From assembly GCA_963674965.2 (NCBI GenBank), contig CAXXFL010000006.1:1185511-1249510 (forward strand): a stretch of 64,000 nt of DNA, written 5' to 3'. The DNA comes from a bacterium. Lineage in GTDB: Bacteria > RBG-13-61-14 > DATKZS01. A program made the position numbers and the translations under genes. A model generated the notes under the pieces. It ran no database searches. It was not told where the DNA came from and worked only from the letters and a program-made list of their open reading frames with translations. Each line of letters begins with the position of its first letter. The stretch's first letter is position 1. This document shows positions 18,175 to 27,715 of the stretch, one piece after another.

Positions 18175-20667
18175 TCAAAACTCGAGGCGCAAGGGACTTC
18201 CCTTGTATGTTACGGAGAGGTCGGGGAACTTCTCCGGCTCCACTCCGGCTCCGCTTCCGGGACGAACCATGACGACGTTTACGCGTCGTTCCTCTTTCAT
18301 GCCCGGGAAATCTCCCCGGCGCGGCCAGATGGTCAGAACGTTTTCAGAATTGTTCCAGGAAAACTCGATGGTGGAGTAAGCGCCTTTTTCGTAATTGTAG
18401 TTGTCGTTTTCATCCTCATAGAGGGTAAAGGAGGCGTCGGCGCCTGGATAGACGCGGACCTCGATGGGGTCCGTTTCCTCCTCGGCGTATTGGATATAGG
18501 GACCCATGGGAATGATGGACCCGGCCCTGACGAAAAGGGGAATGGTCGAAAGGGTGGACCGGGCTTCAACTCTTTGCCCGCCGTCCGATCTCTTGCCCGT
18601 CCAGAAGTCATACCAGCCCGCGCTCTCCGGCAGATAGACCGCGCGCCGGGAACTTCCCTTGTTCTTCATCGGCTCGGTCACGGGGCTGACGAGAATGGCC
18701 GGCCCGAACATGAACTGGTCGCCGATGTCGTACGCCTTTGGGTCCCGCCGGAAGTCCATGGCCAAGGCGCGCATCATGGTGTAGCCCTCATTGGTGACCA
18801 TCCAGGCAACGGAGTAGATATAGGGCATAAGCCGGTAACGCAGGTTATCGGAATCGACCAGGGCGTCGTAGGAGGGGTCGCCGGGTTCGCCAAACCGCCA
18901 GACCTCGCGGGGCACGTGTTGTCCATGGCTCCTGAAAATGGGGCAGAAGGCGCCGTACTGGAACCATCTGACGTACAATTCCCTATATGCCGGCGTTATT
19001 TTCCCTTGCCCGTGAAGAAGGTCCCTCGGCGAAAGCCAGTAGCCCCCGATATCCGTGGTCCAATAGGGGATCCCGGCCATGCAAAAGTTCAATCCGGCCG
19101 GTATTTGTTTTTTAAAGACTTCCCAGGTAGCGGTTATGTCTCCCGACCAGGTTGAAGCCGCGTAGCGCTGCTGGCCCGCGAAGGCCGAGCGCGTGAGAAT
19201 AAACACCCGCTTTTCCTCCTTCGTATCGCGCCAGCTCCGGTAGACGTTCATGGTATCCATCAGCGAGTAAGTATTCAGATACTTCGAGATCGGACCGAGC
19301 GCGCAGGAGCGGGCCAGCTTGATCGTAAGCTCCGTCTCCAGTCTCGTGCCCGTGGTAATGAATTCGGGCTCCGTGCCGTCCATCCATAAGGCGTCCACGC
19401 CGCGGTCGAATATTCCCGCGCGGGCGTGACGCCAGTAAACCTCACGGGCCGCCTCGTCGTAAGCGTCGTGCATCACCGCGTTGGGGGTCGCCCGTATCAG
19501 CGCCGGATCGAGATCGAGTCCCTTTTCCACGAGTTCCCTTCCCACCGGGGTTTCCTTGCCCACCTTGGGCCAGATGGAAATCATCAACCGAGCGTTCATA
19601 TCGTGGATTTCCCGGATTCTTTCCTCGGGATTCCCAAAACCCGCCTCTTCATCGAATAAAAAAGCGCTCCAGCCAAGGTCGCCCCAGTATTTATAGTCAA
19701 GGACGACGGCGTCGAGCGGGACCCCACGATCGCGATACTCCCGAATCACCTCAATTATTTCATCCCAGCTTTGATAGCGGTTTTTCGACTGGAAATACCC
19801 GTACGCCCATTTGGGGTACATGGGAGCATGGCCGGTAAGGCCGCGATACGCGGAGATGACCCGATCCATTTCGGGACCGTAGATGAAATAATAATCCAAT
19901 CCTTCGCCGGCCTCGGAGCGAAAACTTCCCTCGGATGCGCCGTCGGGACCGGCCTTCGAGTCCTCGAAGACGGTCTTCGAGTAATTGTCCCACAGAACGC
20001 CGTAACCTTTGGTGGAAACCAGGAAAGGATTTACGGACGTCTTGTTGGCCTGGACCAGGGGGACTTTCTCGCCGCGCCAATTCATCCGCCCGCCCTGGAA
20101 CTGGCCAAGCCCGTAAAGGGCCTCGCCCTTTTGAAAGTGGAAGGCCTGGCTGACCTTATAAGACATCTCTCCCATTATCCGGACGGGCTTGATCGTCCTT
20201 TTTCCCTCGGCCAGCAGGACCGATCCATCGCGATCTTCAAAGACAAGGGCGCCGCTATCGAGGTCCACCTTAACCGTCAGAAGTCTCGTCTTGATCAGGG
20301 CCGAGCCATCTCGTTCCTCCACGTCCCAATGCACCCCGGCGTGCTTGAGGGGAAGGACCACCAGGCTCTCGCGCTCGATGATACCGTCCGCCGCGGAAGT
20401 CACCCGGATGACGTCGTCCGCCACTATCTCGATTTTCAAACCGCCCGAGCGAGTTTTAACCAGCAGTCCGTCGCCCAGCTTTTCATAGCCGGCCGGATCG
20501 AGCGGTCGGCTCATTAAAATATCGGGCTTTACCAGCGCGAGGCCCAGGAGGACCGCCAGCAGGGCAACGCGCGCGATCGTCACGCGTTCGCTCCCACTCC
20601 CCCGCTTGTAAATACCGCGGCCGAAATATTCAGCGGCTTTTTTTATTGTTTTCACGCCCTCCTCCAT
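18175..20667 (-). CDS. Glycoside hydrolase family 31 (alpha-xylosidase/alpha-glucosidase-like) with C-terminal DUF5110-type domain
   Basis: YGLGQ, WMDGTEPE (nucleophile Asp), WSGD (acid/base Asp), TTDIGG, RWFQYGAFCPIFRSHG and LYEDE..Y.YEKG; N-terminal TM/signal. Confidence 0.92.
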   Translation of the reverse strand: MEEGVKTIKKAAEYFGRGIYKRGSGSERVTIARVALLAVLLGLALVKPDILMSRPLDPAGYEKLGDGLLVKTRSGGLKIEIVADDVIRVTSAADGIIERESLVVLPLKHAGVHWDVEERDGSALIKTRLLTVKVDLDSGALVFEDRDGSVLLAEGKRTIKPVRIMGEMSYKVSQAFHFQKGEALYGLGQFQGGRMNWRGEKVPLVQANKTSVNPFLVSTKGYGVLWDNYSKTVFEDSKAGPDGASEGSFRSEAGEGLDYYFIYGPEMDRVISAYRGLTGHAPMYPKWAYGYFQSKNRYQSWDEIIEVIREYRDRGVPLDAVVLDYKYWGDLGWSAFLFDEEAGFGNPEERIREIHDMNARLMISIWPKVGKETPVGRELVEKGLDLDPALIRATPNAVMHDAYDEAAREVYWRHARAGIFDRGVDALWMDGTEPEFITTGTRLETELTIKLARSCALGPISKYLNTYSLMDTMNVYRSWRDTKEEKRVFILTRSAFAGQQRYAASTWSGDITATWEVFKKQIPAGLNFCMAGIPYWTTDIGGYWLSPRDLLHGQGKITPAYRELYVRWFQYGAFCPIFRSHGQHVPREVWRFGEPGDPSYDALVDSDNLRYRLMPYIYSVAWMVTNEGYTMMRALAMDFRRDPKAYDIGDQFMFGPAILVSPVTEPMKNKGSSRRAVYLPESAGWYDFWTGKRSDGGQRVEARSTLSTIPLFVRAGSIIPMGPYIQYAEEETDPIEVRVYPGADASFTLYEDENDNYNYEKGAYSTIEFSWNNSENVLTIWPRRGDFPGMKEERRVNVVMVRPGSGAGVEPEKFPDLSVTYKGSPLRLEF

Positions 20668-20672
20668 TCGTG

Positions 20673-21056
20673 TTATCCCGCTGACGGCGGCCGGCCAAGT
20701 ATCTCATGAATTGTAGCGATGAGTTCCCTGGACTCGAACGTCCGGGGAAGCGCGCCCTCGAAACCTGACGGAACGTTCACGGCCTCATGGGAATTTTCAC
20801 CTTTATCCAACAAAACTACGACGGGAAGGTGAAGGGTTTCCTGACGGCCCCGTAGGGCGTCGCGAAATTCCCGCGCGCCCATGTCCGGCAAGTCTTCCGC
20901 GCAAAGGACGACATGCGGCGTCTTTCGAGACGCGATCGACAAGCCCTCCTTCCCCGAGAGGGCGGTCCTTATGGAGTAATAATTGTCACCAAGCTCGATG
21001 ACCAGGTCTTTGGCCATGAAAACCCGTCCGTCCACTATCAGAACGTCTATCCTCAT
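20673..21056 (-). CDS. Stand-alone receiver-like (pseudo-receiver) domain protein
   Basis: REC fold pattern (VLIVD, A.SGKEGL, LPDM, LPVVVL), but the phosphoacceptor Asp position reads Ala and the conserved Lys is missing. Confidence 0.7.
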   Translation of the reverse strand: MRIDVLIVDGRVFMAKDLVIELGDNYYSIRTALSGKEGLSIASRKTPHVVLCAEDLPDMGAREFRDALRGRQETLHLPVVVLLDKGENSHEAVNVPSGFEGALPRTFESRELIATIHEILGRPPSAG

Positions 21057-21192
21057 GAGCTTACCATCGCGGCAAAAACCTATCCATCGGAAAGCCCGAC
21101 TTTCTCATCCTTGATGCATGAGTACGCGCAATCAAGGTCTTCCCGACAAATAAGGCGCCCCGAAAGGCGCCCGTGAAATCGATTTTTCGCGC

Positions 21193-21969
21193 TTATTTAT
21201 TCAGGTCCTCCAGGATCAGTTCCGCGACCTTTTTGCCCGACAGAAGCATGCCCCCGAAGATGGGTCCCATCCTGGGTCCACCGTGGACGGCGGCCACTGA
21301 CATGCCCATCACGTACAATCCCTTGAAGACCTGCATGGTGTTCTCGACCACGAAGGTCTCGGCCTCCTTGGCCCGCATGGGCCCCTGCCCCAGCATCTGG
21401 CCCGTGTCGGTCCTCAGCTTGTAGCCGTGTCCCTGCACCATCTCCGCCAGGACGGCGTCATGGCCGGTGCCGTCTATAACCACCTTGCCCGAGAGGGTGA
21501 TGGGGTCCACGTGCATGCGGTTAAGGACCACGCCCGTCGAGTTCACCACCAGGCCCGTCAAGGCGTCGTCCTCAATCATCACGTCCTCGACGGTGGTGAG
21601 GTTCAGGATGGTCGCGCCCTGCCGCATGGCGTTAAAAGCCAGGCCCGAGGCCAGGGTCACCGCGTCGATGGCGAAGAAACCCTCGGTCTCGGGCTCCGTG
21701 GCCATGCCCAACTCGTCGAGCACCTGTCTGGCCCCCTCCTGGATTACGACCTCGTTCCTCTCCATGCCGCCGCCCCAGATGCCGCCGCCCGGCGCCAATT
21801 TCTTCTCGATGATGGTCACCCGGACGTCGTTCCTGGCAAGATAATAGGCCGCCACCAACCCGGAAGGGCCCGCGCCCGCTATCAAAACGTCGCTTTTCAA
21901 AGCGTTAAGGAGCTTCCTGGAGAAACGCTCCACGATAATCCTGCTCACCTCGTATTCCCATTCGCCCAT
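21193..21969 (-). CDS. thi4: Thiazole synthase Thi4, His-type (sulfide-dependent)
   Basis: GAGPSG, GGGIWGGG, HVDP (His at the suicide-Cys position), DGTGHD and GGPRMGPIFGGM; GGAGG RBS before ATG 21969. Confidence 0.92.
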   Translation of the reverse strand: MGEWEYEVSRIIVERFSRKLLNALKSDVLIAGAGPSGLVAAYYLARNDVRVTIIEKKLAPGGGIWGGGMERNEVVIQEGARQVLDELGMATEPETEGFFAIDAVTLASGLAFNAMRQGATILNLTTVEDVMIEDDALTGLVVNSTGVVLNRMHVDPITLSGKVVIDGTGHDAVLAEMVQGHGYKLRTDTGQMLGQGPMRAKEAETFVVENTMQVFKGLYVMGMSVAAVHGGPRMGPIFGGMLLSGKKVAELILEDLNK

Positions 21970-22330
21970 GTCATTACCTCCCAAAACGTCGCGGCCCGCC
22001 GCCCGAACGTCAAAATATCCAGGCGCCCCGTTTTATACCGCCGGAAATCGAATTTTTCGGATTGATGACGGAAGCCGCTTGGACTGGACCTTTTTCTCTT
22101 CCCCGAATTGAATATCATACACCCATAATCCCGGCGAAAAAAGACCGCAATGACGGGCGGGCGTTCGGGTCGCCCGAGAAAAAAATACGGCCCCAGACCA
22201 ACCCCACCCATCCAGGCGCGTGGCCGATCCGGTTTTGGTAATCCCGATAAAAAACAGCTCATGCCGCCGGGTATTTGACGGGAAGTCTTCCTGGACTTTA
22301 CAATTCAAATGGGCCTTTTGGCTCGGCAAG

Positions 22331-23290
22331 ATGAGGGACATTTTCAAAACATCCGGATTTTCCGGACCGTCCGAGGCGATCGTCAATACGGCCTTGACGG
22401 CAAAGGGAGAGGCAAGTCGAGGTACGCTCTCGCGTCATGCTTTGGCGGCCCTTGCCGTCCTCGCCTGCCTGGCGGCCCTTTATTGCGGATGCAAGCGCTC
22501 GAGGGGAGTTTCCATAGGCGGCCTCGAGGTGGTCCATGCCCTTCCCTTGGAATGGACTGAGCTTGAAAAAGGTTTGGCCGCGGCGGACTTGGAGTACGTC
22601 CGCGAGGAGGACGGCCGGGTCATATCGATAGTCGCCGTCAGGGTCTCGCCGGCCAGGTTCCGCTTCGGCCTGCTTGACGCGCCCCAGGTCATGGGGGCCC
22701 CACTGGCCGCGCCGTCGGACATGGCCCTTAAAACCTCGGCCATAGTCGCGGTGAACGGCGGTTTTTTCCTGCCCCCGGAATACAAGAACAAGCCCACCGG
22801 CCTGGTGGTCTCGAAAGGCAAGGTATTGTCACGCTGGAAAAAGGGCGCGGGCTCGGGGATTTTCGCGGCCAACGACAAGAGGGCCGTAATCGACTGGGCC
22901 AGCGAATACGACGCGGATTGGGAAAAGGCCGACCTGGCCATACAGGCGGGACCTCTGCTCGTCGAGCCCGACTCGAAGCCGGGCATCTACAAGGACTCGA
23001 GAAAATATCGGATGAGGACCGCCGTCGGCCTGGACGAGGACGGCAACGTAATCCTCGTCTGTACCCGTCGAGTATCGGAGAAGGGAGTGGACCTCATTGG
23101 CCTGGACCTTTACGAGCTGATGCAGATAATGATCCATCCTCAAAAAAAGGGCGGACTGGGCGCCAAGCGGGCCTTGAACCTAGACGGCGGCCCCTCCAGC
23201 GCCATTCATGTCGATCACGAGAAATACAAGCTGACCGTCAAGGGCGCGAGTCCGGTGAGAAACGGCGTGGCCGTGTTCGAGAAAAAATAG
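22331..23290 (+). CDS. Phosphodiester glycosidase family protein (NAGPA/DUF2233)
   Basis: NGGFF, QAGP.L, RTAVG and NLDGGPSS; lipoprotein-like hydrophobic segment. Start uncertain; TTGACG-N18-TACAAT at 22275-22304 lies upstream. Confidence 0.8.
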   Translation: MRDIFKTSGFSGPSEAIVNTALTAKGEASRGTLSRHALAALAVLACLAALYCGCKRSRGVSIGGLEVVHALPLEWTELEKGLAAADLEYVREEDGRVISIVAVRVSPARFRFGLLDAPQVMGAPLAAPSDMALKTSAIVAVNGGFFLPPEYKNKPTGLVVSKGKVLSRWKKGAGSGIFAANDKRAVIDWASEYDADWEKADLAIQAGPLLVEPDSKPGIYKDSRKYRMRTAVGLDEDGNVILVCTRRVSEKGVDLIGLDLYELMQIMIHPQKKGGLGAKRALNLDGGPSSAIHVDHEKYKLTVKGASPVRNGVAVFEKK

Positions 23291-23311
23291 CCGCGGGGGG
23301 CAAAGAGAGTA

Positions 23312-23923
23312 TTGGAACTCCTCTTTATAAGACACGGAGAGTCGGTGGCCAACCGGAAGGGCCTGATTCAGGGGCGGGGAGACTACCCTCTTTCCGAGCT
23401 TGGCCGCGACCAGGCCCTCCGGACCGCCGAGGCCCTGAACGACTTCCGGCCTTATAAGATATTCTCGAGTCCCCTAAAGCGGGCGCTTGAAACGGCCCAG
23501 ATACTCAATCGGCGCCACAACGTCGAGATCGAGTTGATCGGCGATCTTGTCGAGTACAACCTGGGCGCGTTCGAGGGCCTGACCATGGACGAGGTCATGT
23601 CAAAGTTCCCGGACGTGAAGTCGAGAATGGAAAAGGGCGAGCCTTTCCATCTTCTTGCCCCCGGCGGGGAGTCCGATGAGGAGGCGGACGTAAGGGTTAA
23701 AAGAGCGCTGGAGGCCATAGTGGACTCGGGCCTTCCCAGGATGATGGTCGTGGCCCACCTGGGCAGTCTCGAGCGGCTGATCCTTCAAGCCGCTCAAAGA
23801 TATGGCGTGCCGGGAATCGACGAGACCCGTTTTCCTCTGGCCAACTGCTCGATAACCAGGCTCATCCTGGGCCCGGCCAAGTCGCTGGCCCCCTCCTTTA
23901 ACGACGTCTCGCACCTGACGTAA
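23312..23923 (+). CDS. Histidine phosphatase family protein
   Basis: RHGES, SSPLKRA.ETA, GGES and VAH motifs. Confidence 0.88.
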   Translation: MELLFIRHGESVANRKGLIQGRGDYPLSELGRDQALRTAEALNDFRPYKIFSSPLKRALETAQILNRRHNVEIELIGDLVEYNLGAFEGLTMDEVMSKFPDVKSRMEKGEPFHLLAPGGESDEEADVRVKRALEAIVDSGLPRMMVVAHLGSLERLILQAAQRYGVPGIDETRFPLANCSITRLILGPAKSLAPSFNDVSHLT

Positions 23924-23971
23924 AAAATAAGGGCGCTTTGGGTCGGCCGGAGACCGCTTCCCCGGCGGGGA

Positions 23972-25318
23972 CTACAAGTGATAGATGACCGACACGATGG
24001 CGAAGTAGTCCGAAAGGCTCATTTCCGACTTCATGTTCTCGATCTGCTCCCCCTCCATGCCCTCGCCCCATCGGTATTGAAAGGCCGCGTCGATGGCCAG
24101 GTTTCGATAGGCCACTCCCCCGCCGACCGCCAGGCCGTAAGTCTCGTTAACCGTGTCCTCGATGGGCTGGGGATCGTAGAACAGCCCTCCCCTGGCGGCG
24201 ACCGCGTACTTGGGCAGTATCCATAGATACTCGGTCCCGAAGTGGACCTGGAAGGCGTCGTCCTTGACGTCGGCGTTAACGTCGTTCATGGCCAGGAGGT
24301 TTATCTCGTTTCCCTCCTCGTCCTCGAGGACGTACTCGGACCACCTGGTGGCGTAGGCGTCAAGGGCGAAGCTCAGCCTGTCCGAGTAGCGAAAGGCGAC
24401 CCCCACCCCATAGGACTCGGGCCAGGTCAGGGTCTCGCTCTGGTCGGCCTCGAATGACGCGTGGCTGTCCATTGAAGGATCGAGCGGGTAATGAGAGGCC
24501 TGCTCGTGGTACTTTTCAAAGTCCACGTCCGCGTCCCATCTGGTCTTATAGACGGCGGCGAAGGTCCACCGGTTCGTCTTATATTGGGTACCGATAACGT
24601 AGTTGACGCCGGAGAGGGAGTATTTTTCCCAGGTCTCGGCCCAGGTCCTTTCAATGACGAGGCCGGCGTCGTTGCGGGTAACTATTTGAAGGTCCCACTC
24701 CTGCTCCCAGCCGTCGTTCTCCCCGTCCAGTCCCCAGATATTGACCGACGCGCCCATGCTCCACTTGGGAGTGATCTCGACGCAGAAGGCGGGAGTAAGG
24801 GTCGTGACGGAGCCGAGCTGCTTGATGGACCTCGCCTCCGTCCATACGTCGCCCCCCGCGAGGACCCCGGACCCGCCGTAATCCAGGTCCCGGTCGAACT
24901 CGTACATCCTCTGGTAATTCAGGCTGACGACCAGGTTCCTGCCCTTGATCTCGAAAGGATACACGACGGAGGCGTAGTTGATATTGACCGACGAGAGGGT
25001 CTCGCTGTCGGAGTAGGCGTCAAGACCGGCGAAATCGAGTTCCTCTATCCTGGAATGGTAGGAAACGGCCACCGAGGTCTCGGGCTTGACAAGCTGGACC
25101 AGTCCGCCCGGGTTCCAGCTGGCCGCCGTGGCGTCGTCGGCCACGGCGATAAAGGCGTTGGCCCAGCCCGCCGCCCGAGCGCCCGAGCCCACGGCCTGAG
25201 GGGAAGACGAAAAGGGGACCACCTGATGCGAGACGCCCTGGCCATAAGACGTGGACGCCGCCAATAAAACCGATATCATGACAAGCGAAAAAGCGTACTT
25301 CCTGAAAAACATATGCAT
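23972..25318 (-). CDS. OmpP1/FadL-family outer-membrane beta-barrel transporter
   Basis: GSGARAAG.ANAF.AVADDATA..WNPGGL hatch motif; alternating beta-strands; signal peptide. Confidence 0.82.
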   Translation of the reverse strand: MHMFFRKYAFSLVMISVLLAASTSYGQGVSHQVVPFSSSPQAVGSGARAAGWANAFIAVADDATAASWNPGGLVQLVKPETSVAVSYHSRIEELDFAGLDAYSDSETLSSVNINYASVVYPFEIKGRNLVVSLNYQRMYEFDRDLDYGGSGVLAGGDVWTEARSIKQLGSVTTLTPAFCVEITPKWSMGASVNIWGLDGENDGWEQEWDLQIVTRNDAGLVIERTWAETWEKYSLSGVNYVIGTQYKTNRWTFAAVYKTRWDADVDFEKYHEQASHYPLDPSMDSHASFEADQSETLTWPESYGVGVAFRYSDRLSFALDAYATRWSEYVLEDEEGNEINLLAMNDVNADVKDDAFQVHFGTEYLWILPKYAVAARGGLFYDPQPIEDTVNETYGLAVGGGVAYRNLAIDAAFQYRWGEGMEGEQIENMKSEMSLSDYFAIVSVIYHL

Positions 25319-25352
25319 ACTCCCGCTACTAAGGATTCTTTAAAAACCGGCG

Positions 25353-27107
25353 CTACCAGGCGGCCGCCGGTTCCTGGGCAAAGGCGTCTTTGGGGTCCAT
25401 GATTTTGTATTTCTGCTGGCCCCCAAGGTCAATGGATCGCTTATCCCCTTCCACCTTCAACATGTAATAAGTGGTCCCGTCCTCGGCCACGTAAAGGGGA
25501 AGCGTTTCCCACGGGCCCAGCGCGTCGTCGGGCAGGGCGATCCCGCTGGGCTGTATCGAGTCGCCGTTCCCGTCCACTATTTGTATCCAACCGGCCAGGC
25601 CCCCGAGGTCCAGGTCCGAGTCGGAGTTGTTAAATATCTTGAGCACCGGTATATAAGGCGGATTATTAAGCTGGTTGCATTTTTGATAGTCGGCGAACCC
25701 GCCGGGGACATTATATGCCGCAAAGTTGAAATGGGGACTGTTCAAGTCTTCGAAGTTGTTGAAGGGGTCCTGGTACTCGACCCCGAAAAGGATGACCGTA
25801 ACCTCGCCCGCAACGCCGCCGTTCAGGCCGTCCACGTGATCGACGTCCCGTATGGCCCACCAAGACGCGGCCCGCTCCGAGCAGTACTCGGCCTCGTACC
25901 CCTCCGGGGCGGGGGCGGTGCGGAACGTTATTATTATCGGGTCGGCCTCCTCGCCGTCACCAAGTTGCGCGCCGCTTATTTCCAGCTCGTAGGCCGTGTC
26001 CCCGTCCAAGTCGCATGGGTCTCCTCCACCCGGCCTGAAAAACACGCCCCGAGCGCAGCGGGCTATGCCCAACTCGCAGTTGACGATGTCGAAGCCCATG
26101 GCCGTTCCCTTAACTTCCTTGCCGTCGGAGGCCCGCCTCAAGGAAACGCTTTCCTCGCTAATCCCGAAAAAGTCGAGGGACCGGCCGTCATAATAGGCGG
26201 GAAGCTCGTAAATCTGCACGGTCCCTCCCTCTTCGTCCAACAAGGACGAGAAGTACTTGTTCAGGACCGCGCTGTCGTTTTCAGGTCCGTCGGGACCGCA
26301 GGACAGGACCACGCCGGCGGCGCAAATGAACAGGACCATGGAAACCGAGAGAACGGCCCTGCCATAAGCGGCTTGCATACCATACTTGCGGGAAAGAAAC
26401 GTTCCCGCCGCGAGAAGTACAAAGGACATGGCGACGGCGGCCCAGGCGAAATACCATATCGGCGGATTTCCCCCCGGCGCGTGAAAGGGAAGAACTCCCT
26501 CTTTAATCCCCGCCTCGCTTTCAAGCTTAATATCGAGCCTGGTCCCCTCTTCTTTGCCGACGGCGACGGACGAAAAATAGGCCGTCTTGTATCCGCTCTT
26601 CTGGGCCAGGACGGTATGTTTTTCACCCTCGGAAAGCTCGATCGAGTAAAATCCGCTCGAGTCGGACTTTATCTGGGAGCCGGAAACAAGAAGCCTGGCG
26701 TCCGGAATGGGAGCGTCCGACTCGTCCTTTACCCAGCCGTAAAGTCCGCTCAAGGATATCTCGGGCGTGAGAGTAAAGCTCAATATAACGTCCTGGGACA
26801 CCCCGATGGGAGGGGTGAGAAACACTCCCGTCTCGTAATTCCTTTTATACGCGGTAAGAACGTATCCTCTTCCCGTCGGAAGGGTCATCTCGTAATAGCC
26901 GATCGAGTTGGTCATGGTGGCGAAGTATCTTCCATCGGCCGTCACGGATATTATTACGCTGGATACCCCGTTGCCCGTAAACGCGTCGGTTACGTATCCC
27001 CTTAGACCTCCCGTGTTGCCTTGAGTGTCGCTCGCCCGCGCAGGCGGGGCCGAGATGATAAGAAAGAAAACCAGGAAAGCCAATGATTTCAAACATCCCT
27101 TAAGCAT
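25353..27107 (-). CDS. Exported protein: two carboxypeptidase-regulatory-like domains, TM hairpin/internal lipobox, Ig-like domain
   Basis: Signal peptide (ARA-S); two G.V.D...G.Y...L..G.Y repeats; two hydrophobic helices ending VVLSC; then an F.P...L...TAY.L.I Ig-like pattern. Confidence 0.65.
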   Translation of the reverse strand: MLKGCLKSLAFLVFFLIISAPPARASDTQGNTGGLRGYVTDAFTGNGVSSVIISVTADGRYFATMTNSIGYYEMTLPTGRGYVLTAYKRNYETGVFLTPPIGVSQDVILSFTLTPEISLSGLYGWVKDESDAPIPDARLLVSGSQIKSDSSGFYSIELSEGEKHTVLAQKSGYKTAYFSSVAVGKEEGTRLDIKLESEAGIKEGVLPFHAPGGNPPIWYFAWAAVAMSFVLLAAGTFLSRKYGMQAAYGRAVLSVSMVLFICAAGVVLSCGPDGPENDSAVLNKYFSSLLDEEGGTVQIYELPAYYDGRSLDFFGISEESVSLRRASDGKEVKGTAMGFDIVNCELGIARCARGVFFRPGGGDPCDLDGDTAYELEISGAQLGDGEEADPIIITFRTAPAPEGYEAEYCSERAASWWAIRDVDHVDGLNGGVAGEVTVILFGVEYQDPFNNFEDLNSPHFNFAAYNVPGGFADYQKCNQLNNPPYIPVLKIFNNSDSDLDLGGLAGWIQIVDGNGDSIQPSGIALPDDALGPWETLPLYVAEDGTTYYMLKVEGDKRSIDLGGQQKYKIMDPKDAFAQEPAAAW

Positions 27108-27302
27108 AAGGAACCTCCGTTCATAGAGATTACAAAATCAATGTTTATAGCGCTTCGTGGCGCGGATGCGCGAGATGATCCCCGTGTAATAGCGTTATCG
27201 TTTCATCTCATTCTTCAAGATGTTTAACTATCGCCAAGTAAAAAATATATCAGGGGCGACGCGTTATTACAAAAGGCCGACGAGGACCTGAAGTCCCCTT
27301 CT

Positions 27303-27662
27303 TCAGTCCCCAGTCAGGCTTTGTAAAAGCCCCATAATTTCCTCGTTGATGATTCTTTGGATGAGGCTCCTGGAGTCGTCGTCAAGGGCGTCGAACTCGA
27401 CCCCGACCCCTGGGGTCAGGTCCTGGGAGTTCCCTCGCGACCTGACCACCGTGCCCCATAGCTCGAGGGAAATATTCTCCTCGGCCAGTATGAGCTGAAC
27501 AATCACCCGGTCGCCCATCTTGGCGGGAGGATCGAGAACGATAAAGGCCCCGCCCCAGCTTATGTCGCCTATCCGGGTATCGACGAAGTCGCCGTCACGA
27601 TCGGCGACCTTCACCCTTACCGCCATGGGCAGCGGGACCCTTAAGAATTTTCTGGTTTTCAT
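27303..27662 (-). CDS. PilZ domain protein
   Basis: RKFLR (RxxxR), DISWGG (DxSxxG) and GVGVEF. Confidence 0.88.
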   Translation of the reverse strand: MKTRKFLRVPLPMAVRVKVADRDGDFVDTRIGDISWGGAFIVLDPPAKMGDRVIVQLILAEENISLELWGTVVRSRGNSQDLTPGVGVEFDALDDDSRSLIQRIINEEIMGLLQSLTGD

Positions 27663-27685
27663 CAATCGAGAATCCCCGTTCGCCT

Positions 27686-27715
27686 ATTATAATGAAGGTG
27701 GCGGGCAAGAGTCAA
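27686..27715 (-). promoter_or_regulatory. sigma70-type promoter for the PilZ gene
   Basis: Minus strand TTGACT-N18-TATAAT. Confidence 0.5.

Noticed and set aside
21970..22270. TPP riboswitch expected upstream of thi4
   Set aside because: No CTGAGA or ACCTGA core motifs on the minus strand.
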